From the NCBI GenBank assembly GCA_052390255.1, contig JBQTHC010000039.1, forward strand, positions 16,084 to 80,083: a stretch of DNA of 64,000 bases, in the 5' to 3' direction. The notes under the pieces are model-generated. The model was not told where the DNA came from and ran no database searches. It saw only the letters and a list, made by a program, of their open reading frames with translations. Shown piece after piece: positions 8,791 through 16,093 of this stretch. Positions within the stretch are counted from its first letter, which is position 1. Each line of letters starts with the position of its first letter. Origin of the DNA: Microthrixaceae bacterium. Its GTDB lineage: Bacteria; Actinomycetota; Acidimicrobiia; Acidimicrobiales; VFJN01. The position numbers were made by a program, and so were the translations under genes.

Positions 8791-9324
8791 CTAGCGGAGG
8801 AGGGAGTCGATCGACGCCTCACCGGTCTTGTAACGGCGCGTGATCTCCGCCTGGAGCGCGTCGATGCGATCGAAGAGGCTCTGCCGGTGCCCAGACACCT
8901 GCCGCTCGAAGGTGCCCAGCCGATCGGCGAGGGACCGGAGCACGTCGTCCTCCAATGCGGGAAGGTCCGCGAGACGGCCCTCCCCGAGGATCCCATCGAG
9001 CTCGGCCTCGAGCGCCGCGGGCAGCTCGGCGGGCGCCATCAGCTGGGGCAGCCGGCCGACACCGGGCGCATGCGTTCGATCAGACAGCAGCTCCGGGAGC
9101 CGGGAGATGAGGTCCGGGAGGTCGGCGGGCTCGCCGCCGTCGGCGCGGCGAGCGAGCTCGAGCCCCACGATGTCGAGGCGACCCTGCACGACCCGACGCA
9201 GCATCGACAGGCCGGTCTCGACCTCCTGGCACTCCGCTCGCATGGCTCGCACCTCGTCCATCGGCCGCGCGGCGAGGTCGCCCAGGTAGCCGGGGTCGAG
9301 GAGCTCGTCGAGATCAGCAGCCAT
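8791..9324 (-). CDS. RsiG-like coiled-coil protein (c-di-GMP-binding anti-sigma family candidate)
   Basis: ATG at 9324 within track ORF 8791..9549. Residues E36-S40-R43-Q47-D51 match E(X)3S(X)2R(X)3Q(X)3D exactly. A second copy, E140-S144-R147-F151-D155, has Q replaced by F. Confidence 0.55.
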   Translation of the reverse strand: MAADLDELLDPGYLGDLAARPMDEVRAMRAECQEVETGLSMLRRVVQGRLDIVGLELARRADGGEPADLPDLISRLPELLSDRTHAPGVGRLPQLMAPAELPAALEAELDGILGEGRLADLPALEDDVLRSLADRLGTFERQVSGHRQSLFDRIDALQAEITRRYKTGEASIDSLLR

Positions 9325-9403
9325 GGCCCGAGCGTACCGGTCTGCCTGGAGCCGAGCGGGCGAAGTAGCCGATCGCGACAGCATCCCAATACCGTGGCGC
9401 ACC

Positions 9404-9778
9404 ATGCACCGCACCATCACCTGCATCGCTGGCGCCGCAGCGCTTGCGCTCACCCTCGCCGGATGTGGCAGCTCTGGTGGCAGCGCCAAGCCCGCGGCCT
9501 GCACACCCGTGGCCTCGTCGATCACCGTCGGCGCGCTCAACAACCTCAAGTTCGATGCGGCGTCGTACGAGGCAACGACCGGGTGCGTGCAGATGACCTA
9601 CCGCAACGAGGGCAGCCTGGCGCACACCCTGCTCGTGAAGGGTCAGCCTGGGTTCAAGCTGGCGGTCGGCGACGAGGACGTCGGAAGGCTCGAGCTGAAG
9701 CCGGGGACGTACAAGCTCTACTGCGACGTCGCCGGTCATGAGGCCGCGGGCATGGTGGCCGACCTCACCGTCAAGTAG
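9404..9778 (+). CDS. Cupredoxin (type-1 blue copper) lipoprotein
   Basis: ATG at 9404. Signal peptide with lipobox 'LTLAGC'. Type-1 copper ligand pattern: His in 'SLAHTLL' plus 'YCDVAGHEAAGM' (C-x4-H-x4-M). Confidence 0.75.
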   Translation: MHRTITCIAGAAALALTLAGCGSSGGSAKPAACTPVASSITVGALNNLKFDAASYEATTGCVQMTYRNEGSLAHTLLVKGQPGFKLAVGDEDVGRLELKPGTYKLYCDVAGHEAAGMVADLTVK

Positions 9779-9793
9779 CCGCGCCGACGCCGC

Positions 9794-10540
9794 TCAGACG
9801 GCGAGCATCAGCTCCCAGCCGACGAAGTAGATGATGCCGAGCAGCACGAAGCCGCCCCCGATCGTGTTCCGGTGCTTGTCGAACACGAGCTTGTTGAAGG
9901 CGTTGTCATAGCCGCCGATCAACCCAAGGGCTGACGCCTCCACGAACGCCCACAGCACCAGCACGAGCACCCAGTAGCCAGCGGTGCCGCCGATGCCGTT
10001 GAACCACACCGCGCCGTGCGCGGCGAACACCATGAACCACAGCATCGTGATGGAGAAGAAGGTGTTGGCGCGCGATGCGCGGGCGGCGGGCTTGGCGAGC
10101 GCGGCCGCGTCGGGGTTGGCCTGCCCGCCAGAAGCAACCGACTCCGCGCTCGCGATGATCACCTTCTGGTGCCGCCAGATGATCCCCCACACGTTGAGGA
10201 ACATCGTGGTGCCGAACAGCATCCCGGTGAGGATCGCGGTGCCGCCGACGCCGGAGAGGTACTTGTCCATGTTCTCGCCGTCGCCCTGGATGACGAGGAG
10301 CATGAGCCCGAACAGGAACGTGAGGAGGGCTGCGTAGCGGAACCACCACAGCGCTCGGAACGTGAGCTTGCGCAGCGCCTCAGAGCGAGCACCGTCGCTC
10401 AGCTCCGCGAACGACGGCGTCTGGACGAAGTTGAAGAAGTACAGCAGGCCGATCCAGGTGATCCCGACGAGAACATGTGCTCCCCTCGTGAGGACAGAGA
10501 GCGGTCCGCTCGGATCGGCAAAGCTGTCGAAGATCTCCAC
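9794..10540 (-). CDS. Polytopic membrane protein, urate-hydroxylase PuuD N-terminal-domain-like
   Basis: 'GAHVLVGITWIGLLYFFNF' resembles the PuuD-type membrane domain. There are several transmembrane segments. The assignment rests on motif memory only. Confidence 0.5.
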   Translation of the reverse strand: MEIFDSFADPSGPLSVLTRGAHVLVGITWIGLLYFFNFVQTPSFAELSDGARSEALRKLTFRALWWFRYAALLTFLFGLMLLVIQGDGENMDKYLSGVGGTAILTGMLFGTTMFLNVWGIIWRHQKVIIASAESVASGGQANPDAAALAKPAARASRANTFFSITMLWFMVFAAHGAVWFNGIGGTAGYWVLVLVLWAFVEASALGLIGGYDNAFNKLVFDKHRNTIGGGFVLLGIIYFVGWELMLAV

Positions 10541-10678
10541 GGTTCACCTCGGCGTAGGGGGGCGGCCCTGCGAAACCTACAGACGTGGACCCGCTGCCTC
10601 AACCATCCCGCGCGGGTCGGCCACGCGTCAGACGAGCAGCCCGATCCCGAAGGTCCACGTGGGCGCGGCGAGCAGCAG

Positions 10679-11440
10679 CTAGTCGAGTCGCCGCAGCGCC
10701 GACGCCGGGGACTTCGCGGAGGGCAGCAGTGCCGACGCGGTGAGCTGACCGAGCGGCGCGAGGAGCAGCAGCAGACCGCCGAAGAGCCACGCCTCACCGA
10801 AGTCGAGCGTGGACACGGGGAGCGTCGAGACGATGAAGGTGAGCACCATCACCGCCGCAGCACCCGCGGCGGGGCCCTCGTACGGGTTGCGAGCGCCCGA
10901 GCCGACGAGGTAGTCGCCGGTCTCGTAGGCCGACACCAGCAGGAGCAGCGCGAGCGCAGATCCCTGGTCGAGCCGAGCCAGCAGCACCATCGACATCGCC
11001 GTGAGGCCGGGCGGGAGCGCGCACTGGATCGTCCAACCCGCATCGACGAGGACCGACCGTCGGGACGACGTGTCGCCCGTCGCCGCCAGGAACGCGACGA
11101 CGACACCCGCCAGCACCCCGAGACCGGCGCCGCCGGCGCCGAAGCAGGCTCCCCCGCCGATCAGGGCCGCCATCGTCGCCGCAGCGAGCTCGTTCGGGTG
11201 GTTCCGACGCCTGCGCCAGCAGCGGGCGGTCTGCGCGGCGGCGATCGCCGCGGCGCCGCCGTAGACCGCCGCGGTCGGAAGCGGTCCCACGCCGATCGCC
11301 GCGATGGCGACGAGGAACCACAGGACGCCGAGACGGACGCGGGGGCCGTCGATGTCGTAGACGACGGCGTACCGCCGACGGGAGCGCGACATCGCCCGAC
11401 CCGATGTACGGCGAGGCGCGTCGACGGTGGCCCCGGTCAT
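10679..11440 (-). CDS. Polytopic membrane protein, function unknown
   Basis: ATG at 11440 overlaps the TGA of the upstream MoaD-like gene (TGATG). The protein is hydrophobic and Ala/Gly/Leu-rich. It resembles CdsA-type proteins only weakly ('SAYETGDYLVGSG') and lacks the C-terminal CdsA signature. Confidence 0.55.
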   Translation of the reverse strand: MTGATVDAPRRTSGRAMSRSRRRYAVVYDIDGPRVRLGVLWFLVAIAAIGVGPLPTAAVYGGAAAIAAAQTARCWRRRRNHPNELAAATMAALIGGGACFGAGGAGLGVLAGVVVAFLAATGDTSSRRSVLVDAGWTIQCALPPGLTAMSMVLLARLDQGSALALLLLVSAYETGDYLVGSGARNPYEGPAAGAAAVMVLTFIVSTLPVSTLDFGEAWLFGGLLLLLAPLGQLTASALLPSAKSPASALRRLD

Positions 11441-11679
11441 CACAGCCCTCCCGACACGGGGGGCAGGACGGCCACCTCGTCGGCGTCGCTGACGCGCTCG
11501 CCCCCAGAGGAGGGCTCGCCGTTGCACCAGATCTGGCAGTGCTCGACGACCTCGGTGAACGGTGCGCCGTAGCGCGCCCGCGCGGCCTCGATCACCTCCG
11601 CCACCGTGCCGCCGGGCACCTCGTCACGGCCGGTGCCCGCCGCCTCACGGGCACCGGCGAAGAGGCGCAGGACGGCCAT
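11440..11679 (-). CDS. MoaD/ThiS-family ubiquitin-like sulfur-carrier protein
   Basis: The 79-aa sequence is 'MAVLRLFAGAREAAGTGRDEVPGGTVAEVIEAARARYG...VAVLPPVSGGL'. The Gly-Gly is followed by one extra Leu. Confidence 0.7.
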   Translation of the reverse strand: MAVLRLFAGAREAAGTGRDEVPGGTVAEVIEAARARYGAPFTEVVEHCQIWCNGEPSSGGERVSDADEVAVLPPVSGGL

Positions 11680-11815
11680 GCGACCACCGCCGTCGCCCTC
11701 AGGCGGCGGGACACTCCGCAGGACGTCCCTCACGCACGTCGCGAGCGTAGCGACGGACCCGCGCTCCACCCCGGACTGGCCCAGTGGCGCCCGGCCCCCG
11801 GTAGGTTCGGGCGCC

Positions 11816-12478
11816 GTGACCCGCGTCCTCCTCGTCCGCCACGGACAGTCCGAGTGGAACGCGGATGGCCGCTGGCAGGGCCAAGCGGACCCGCCCCTCA
11901 CCGACCTCGGGCGCGCCCAGGCGCTGCATGCCACACGCGCGCTGGGCCAGGTCGACGCCATCGTCTCGTCGGATCTGCAACGCGCGGCCGAGACGGCCGA
12001 GATCATCTCGGAGGCGCTGGGCATCGGCCCGGTGGCACGGATGCCCGGGCTGCGCGAGCGGAGCGCGGGCGAGTGGGAGGGCCTCACGCGCGCCGAGATC
12101 GAGCGCGACTGGCCTGGCTACCTCGAGCCGCCGCCACCGGTGCAGGGGAGCGCCGAGGCCCTCGGCCCCGCGGCGCAGGCCGCCCGCAACGGAGGCATGG
12201 GTCGACGGCCACCGGGGTGGGAGTCCGACGAGTCGGTCGTCGCGCGCGCGCTCGGGGCGCTCGCGGTCGTGCACGAGCTCACGCCCGACGGTGACGTGCT
12301 CGTCGTCACCCACGGAGGGCTCGTGTACGCGATCGAGCGACTGCTCGGCGCTGGCTTCGTGCGGCTGCCCAACCTGGGTGGCCGGTGGCTCGAGGTCGGC
12401 CCCGAGGGCCCCACTGCCCTGGGCGACCGTGTGGTGCTCGTCGACCCCGACGAGCTCACGGTCCCGGAGCAGATCTGA
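11816..12478 (+). CDS. Histidine phosphatase family protein (phosphoglycerate-mutase-like)
   Basis: GTG at 11816. 'LLVRHGQSEWN' is the RHG catalytic motif. 'SSDLQRAAETA' and 'VVTHGG' are also present. Confidence 0.8.
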   Translation: MTRVLLVRHGQSEWNADGRWQGQADPPLTDLGRAQALHATRALGQVDAIVSSDLQRAAETAEIISEALGIGPVARMPGLRERSAGEWEGLTRAEIERDWPGYLEPPPPVQGSAEALGPAAQAARNGGMGRRPPGWESDESVVARALGALAVVHELTPDGDVLVVTHGGLVYAIERLLGAGFVRLPNLGGRWLEVGPEGPTALGDRVVLVDPDELTVPEQI

Positions 12479-12696
12479 ACCTCGCACCGCTGAGGTCATC
12501 GGCGCTGTCAGGGCCCGTCGGTAGGGTCGACGGCGTGGACGCGCTGTGGTCGGGGTCGATCGGCGAGTGGACCGAGGACCTCACCGCGCCGGTGCAGCGT
12601 CGAGCGCGCCCAGCCCGATCGCAGCGGGCCGCCGAGACACGCCCCGAGCCACCGAACCCGCTCGACGCGCCACCATCGCTGTCACCTGCGCACGCG

Positions 12697-13185
12697 ATGG
12701 AGGTGGAGGTCATCCGATCCACCAAGCGGCGGCGCACGGTGTCGGCCCGCATCGTCGACGGGCGTGTCGTGGTGCGGATGCCGCACTGGATGACGAAGAA
12801 GCAGGAGGCGGAGTACGTCACCGACCTCGTCGCAAAGCTCGAACGGCAGAACCGAGCCGAGACCGTCGACCTTCCGAAGCGAGCCGGCGAGCTCGCTCGG
12901 CGCTACGACCTCCCCCGGCCCGCGGCCATCCAGTGGGTCACGAACCAGCGCCAGCGATGGGGCTCCTGCACGCCGGGCACCGGCGAGATCCGCATCTCGG
13001 ATCGGATCGCCGGGTTCCCGTCCTGGGTGGTCGACGCGGTGATCGTGCACGAGCTCGCGCACCTCGTCCACCTCGAGCACTCCGAGGAGTTCTGGGAGCT
13101 CGCGCACCGCTATCCCAAGACGGAGCGTGCCTACGGCTTCCTGATCGCCAAGCACCTCGCCGGCGACGAGGTCGACCTGGGCTGA
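12697..13185 (+). CDS. YgjP-like (DUF45) zinc metallopeptidase
   Basis: 'VEVIRSTKRRRTVSARIV', 'RWGSCTP.GEIRIS' and the HExxH motif 'VHELAHLVH'. The start is uncertain; in-frame GTGs at 12535 and about 12592 are alternatives. Confidence 0.7.
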   Translation: MEVEVIRSTKRRRTVSARIVDGRVVVRMPHWMTKKQEAEYVTDLVAKLERQNRAETVDLPKRAGELARRYDLPRPAAIQWVTNQRQRWGSCTPGTGEIRISDRIAGFPSWVVDAVIVHELAHLVHLEHSEEFWELAHRYPKTERAYGFLIAKHLAGDEVDLG

Positions 13186-13407
13186 TCAGGTTGCGGCGTG
13201 CGCGGTGCACCGCGCCGTGGCCGGCTCCGCCTCGAGGCGCGCGTCGTCGATCGCCTCGCCGCACACCTCGCAGGTGCCGTAGGTGCCCTCGTCGAGCCGC
13301 CCGAGGGCGCGCTCCACGTCGGCGAGCTCGCCTTCGACGGCGGCGAGGACCGTGAGGTCGGGCGCCCGCTCGACCGGCGACGGCGTCGAGGGGTGCTCCG
13401 GATCCAT
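13186..13407 (-). CDS. TraR/DksA-family zinc-finger protein
   Basis: The 73-aa protein carries 'LADVERALGRLDEGTYGTCEVCGEAIDDARLEAEPATARCTAH' (CxxC...CxxH). Its stop codon abuts the stop of the convergent YgjP-like gene (TGATCA). Confidence 0.75.
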   Translation of the reverse strand: MDPEHPSTPSPVERAPDLTVLAAVEGELADVERALGRLDEGTYGTCEVCGEAIDDARLEAEPATARCTAHAAT

Positions 13408-13435
13408 CGCCCGAGGCTACGCGCACCGCGCCGCC

Positions 13436-13600
13436 CACCCACGCGACAAGCGCGCCAACGTGAGCGCACTCATCAGGGGCAGCGAGTTGTGGCGCATCGA
13501 GGAGGAGATCGCCAAGTGCGAAGTGGTGTGCGCCAACTGTCACCGCCGCCGAACGGCGCGCCGATCGAACACGTATCGATTCCGAGCGTCGGAGTCCTGA
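13436..13600 (+). pseudogene. C-terminal remnant of an HNH endonuclease
   Basis: The frame of track ORF 13283..13600 reads 'HPRDKRANVSALIRGSELWRIEEEIAKCEVVCANCHRRRTARR', the typical C-terminal half of small actinobacterial HNH nucleases. The N-terminal half and a start codon are absent. It ends 4 nt from the tRNA 3' end. Confidence 0.5.
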
Positions 13601-13603
13601 CGT

Positions 13604-13680
13604 TGGTGGGGGCGGCGAGGCTCGAACTCGCGACACTTCGCTTAAAAGGCGACCGCTCTAACCAGCTGAGCTACACCCCC
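13604..13680 (-). tRNA. tRNA-Lys (anticodon TTT), CCA encoded
   Basis: Hand-folded as a cloverleaf. Acceptor GGGGGTG/CGCCCCC, D arm GCTC-AGCTGGTTA-GAGC, anticodon loop CTTTTAA, T arm GCGAG-TTCGAGC-CTCGC, discriminator A, then CCA. One G-A mismatch at 27:43. Confidence 0.85.
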
Positions 13681-13759
13681 GCTGCAACATAACGCCGACA
13701 CGACGCCAACCGTTGAGGCGGGTCGGCGTTGCGGCCAGCACCGGCGTCCGCGGACTCGG

Positions 13760-14197
13760 TCAGTCGAGCTCGACGGTGCGCCACTTGACGTTCTCGGCCT
13801 CGAGGATCTCCGGCAGGACACCGAGAGATGTCTCGTTCGACAGCAGCATCGTCGCGTCGAGCACGAGCCCGGTTGCCACGGCTTCGAGGTTCAGGAGGTT
13901 GAGTCGAGGGTGCCGCTCGGACAGCTCGGCCATGACCGGAACCGTTGCTCGTGGGTCGGGTAGGCCGATGCTCTCGGGCAGCGCCAGCAGGCTACGAATC
14001 GCGGTGGCCTGGTGCGCGGCATCGAGACCGAGGAACGGACCCGAGAGGTGTCCGCCGGCTCCGCCGACGGCGGCGCGGCAGGCTCGGTAGTACCAGTAGG
14101 TCGTGGTGTGGCGCTCACCGAGCCGGCCGAGACCGACGAGGAGCTCCTCGATCAGCAGCCGGTCATCGAGGACGACGTCGGGGAGTGGCTTCGCCAC
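13760..14197 (-). CDS. PIN-like domain protein, putative toxin of a type II toxin-antitoxin pair
   Basis: GTG start directly abuts the antitoxin stop (TAGGTG). The N-terminal 'VVLDDRLLIEELL' and the later 'LEAVATGLVLDATMLLSNE' resemble PIN acidic motifs. The assignment is tentative. Confidence 0.5.
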   Translation of the reverse strand: MAKPLPDVVLDDRLLIEELLVGLGRLGERHTTTYWYYRACRAAVGGAGGHLSGPFLGLDAAHQATAIRSLLALPESIGLPDPRATVPVMAELSERHPRLNLLNLEAVATGLVLDATMLLSNETSLGVLPEILEAENVKWRTVELD

Positions 14198-14437
14198 CTA
14201 CTGATCGGCCAGGTCCGGGTCTTCGATCGCAGCGAGGCCGGCGTCGTAGTGGTCCCGGAGCACGCGGCGCAGCTCGCGTCGAGCGGCCTGGATGCCGCCA
14301 GGAACGATCAGCGCGGCATCTCCGAGATCGACGATCCCGACCTCGCCACCGCCTTCGATGCCCCACCGGTGGCGGAGCTCAGCAGGCAGGTTGGTCTGAC
14401 CACGATGCGACACCTTGGCAGTGGAGGTTCCGGACAT
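14198..14437 (-). CDS. AbrB/MazE/SpoVT-family antitoxin
   Basis: ATG at 14437. 'AKVSHRGQTNLPAELRHRWGIEGGGEVGIVDLGDAALIVP' is a SpoVT-AbrB swapped-hairpin motif. Confidence 0.75.
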   Translation of the reverse strand: MSGTSTAKVSHRGQTNLPAELRHRWGIEGGGEVGIVDLGDAALIVPGGIQAARRELRRVLRDHYDAGLAAIEDPDLADQ

Positions 14438-14443
14438 CGCCGC

Positions 14444-14449
14444 ATTGTA
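14444..14449 (-). promoter_or_regulatory. -10-like hexamer TACAAT 6 nt upstream of the antitoxin ATG (leaderless transcript predicted)
   Basis: The minus strand reads TTGTCGTTGTCGTTCCGATACAATGCGGCGATG. There is no Shine-Dalgarno sequence. A tandem TTGTCG TTGTCG lies just upstream. Confidence 0.35.
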
Positions 14450-14538
14450 TCGGAACGACAACGACAAGGCGCGGGCTCCGAGGACCCACACGGTCGGGCT
14501 TCGTGGCAATGTCTGGCCGCAGCCGTGAGGGAGGGTCG

Positions 14539-15651
14539 ATGAACCAGGAGCCATCGGACCCACAGGCTCCGCAGGCGGTGTCGCTCGACCACCCGTGGTT
14601 CCGGCGCGTGATGGTCGTCGCAGCGGTCGCAGCCGCCGTCAGCGCGGGCGGGGTCGGACTCATCCGGTGGCTCGACGAGCCCGACCGTCGAGGCACGGCG
14701 TCGACCACGACGCTCCCGAGCAGCACCCTGCTGACCACGACCACCACCGCACCGACCACGACGGCACCCGAGGTGATCCCCGACACGCCCATCGACATCG
14801 GGGCCCTCCCGCCGACCCGCAGCGCACCGCCGTCGCAGGCAGTGGCCGTGACCTCCGACGGTCGGCTGGTCGTGATCGACACCGCGACGGGTGCCGAACG
14901 GCGAGAGCTCGCACGCGCTGCCGACCCACGCGTGCCCTACGACGAAGTCGGTCCGAACGTGATCGACGGCGTCACCGTGTCGCCCGACGGCGCCGCCGTG
15001 TGGTTCAGCACCTGCTGCGAGCCTGCCGGCGGCTCGCTCTTTCGCGTCGCCTTCGACGGGTCTGCGCCCGAGGAGCGCCTGTTCGACGCCTACGACCCCA
15101 CGATGTCGGCGTCGACCCGGTACGTCGCCGGAGTCACCAGCCCGGGGGTGATCGTGCACGACCTCGTCGGCGACTCGGGCCGGGTGTGGTGGGACGACCG
15201 GCGTTCGGGCGACTACCAGGAGGTCGCGTGGTCGCTCGACGGGGCGCACATCGCCGTGCGCGTCGGCCTGGAGGGCGAGCTGCTCCTCCTGGACACGCGC
15301 CACTTCGCGTTCACCGAGGCCGAACCGTCGTTCACCAGCCCGCTCGAGCCGCGCACGGTCGACGGCACGGGTTGGTTGCAACCCTTGTTCAGCCGGGACG
15401 GCACGTTGGTCGCCGCCCACGGCGCCGACGGCACGGGATGGACGCGTCGCACGATCGACTGGACGAGCGGCGCCACCACCTCGGAGGTGCCGCTGCCGAG
15501 CAAGCCGCTCAGCCAGACCTACGACGCCACCGGCGAGTGGCTGGTGACCACGCTCGAGGACCCGGGCGACGCGGGTGGCCACGTGCGTTGGGAGGGACCT
15601 GGGGGCAAGACCGGCACGATCCCGGGGACGTTCCGGCTCGTCGCCTGGTAG
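14539..15651 (+). CDS. Membrane-anchored beta-propeller (TolB/PD40-like) protein
   Basis: ATG at 14539 is preceded by GAGGGAGGG. The protein has an N-terminal TM helix 'VMVVAAVAAAVSAGGVGLI', a Thr-rich linker, and repeated 'SPDG/SLDG/SRDG' blades. Confidence 0.6.
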   Translation: MNQEPSDPQAPQAVSLDHPWFRRVMVVAAVAAAVSAGGVGLIRWLDEPDRRGTASTTTLPSSTLLTTTTTAPTTTAPEVIPDTPIDIGALPPTRSAPPSQAVAVTSDGRLVVIDTATGAERRELARAADPRVPYDEVGPNVIDGVTVSPDGAAVWFSTCCEPAGGSLFRVAFDGSAPEERLFDAYDPTMSASTRYVAGVTSPGVIVHDLVGDSGRVWWDDRRSGDYQEVAWSLDGAHIAVRVGLEGELLLLDTRHFAFTEAEPSFTSPLEPRTVDGTGWLQPLFSRDGTLVAAHGADGTGWTRRTIDWTSGATTSEVPLPSKPLSQTYDATGEWLVTTLEDPGDAGGHVRWEGPGGKTGTIPGTFRLVAW

Positions 15652-15694
15652 CGCCGGGACTGCCGGAGACGAGGGCTTGTACGCTCGACGGGCC

Positions 15695-16093
15695 ATGAGC
15701 ACACCCTCCGAGGACGACGGACTCACGGTCCTCGGCCACACGGTTCGCCATCCGATCGACGCGCTCGAGTGCTTCGACGCGCCGGCACACGTCACGAGGG
15801 TGCGCTTCACCACCGACGAGGTGATGTCGTTGTGCCCGGTCACCGGGCAGCCCGACATCTCCTCGCTCGCGCTCGAGTACCGACCCGACCGGCACTGCAT
15901 CGAGTCGAAGTCGCTCAAGCTGTACCTCTGGCGATTCCGCGACCGAGCCGCGTTCTGCGAGGCGCTCGCGGCCGAGATCGCCGAGGAGGTGGTGCGTGCG
16001 GCCGATCCGCACGAGGTGACCGTCACGCTCACGCAACAGCCCCGCGGCGGCATCGTGATCGAGGCCACCGCCACGCGCGCCAAGGGCTCGTGA
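15695..16093 (+). CDS. queF: NADPH-dependent 7-cyano-7-deazaguanine (preQ0) reductase, type I
   Basis: Catalytic Cys in 'SLCPVTGQPD'. The QueF motif 'ESKSLKLYLW' is present. It aligns from the N-terminus with Bacillus-type QueF. Confidence 0.85.
   Translation: MSTPSEDDGLTVLGHTVRHPIDALECFDAPAHVTRVRFTTDEVMSLCPVTGQPDISSLALEYRPDRHCIESKSLKLYLWRFRDRAAFCEALAAEIAEEVVRAADPHEVTVTLTQQPRGGIVIEATATRAKGS

Noticed and set aside
10679-11440. Calling this membrane protein phosphatidate cytidylyltransferase (CdsA)
   Set aside because: It shows only a loose 'SAYETGDYLVGSG' resemblance. The C-terminal CdsA signature (K-D-x..-H-G-G-x-x-D-R) is absent.
13945-14538. N-terminal extension of the 568-aa track ORF (beta-propeller gene)
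   Set aside because: It overlaps the toxin-antitoxin pair on the opposite strand and is Arg-rich. The ATG at 14539 has a strong [12 protein letters not shown] and is followed by a TM helix.
13408-14563. Intact genomic island or prophage integrated at tRNA-Lys
   Set aside because: The window contains no integrase, no recombinase and no direct repeat of the tRNA 3' end. Only an HNH fragment and a toxin-antitoxin pair are present, so at most this is a decayed remnant.
15652-15694. Possible preQ1 riboswitch upstream of queF
   Set aside because: Only 43 nt are available. The sequence (GCGCCGGGACTGCCGGAGACGAGGGCTTGTACGCTCGACGGGCC) shows no preQ1-I-like hairpin with an A-rich tail. This needs a covariance-model scan to be certain.
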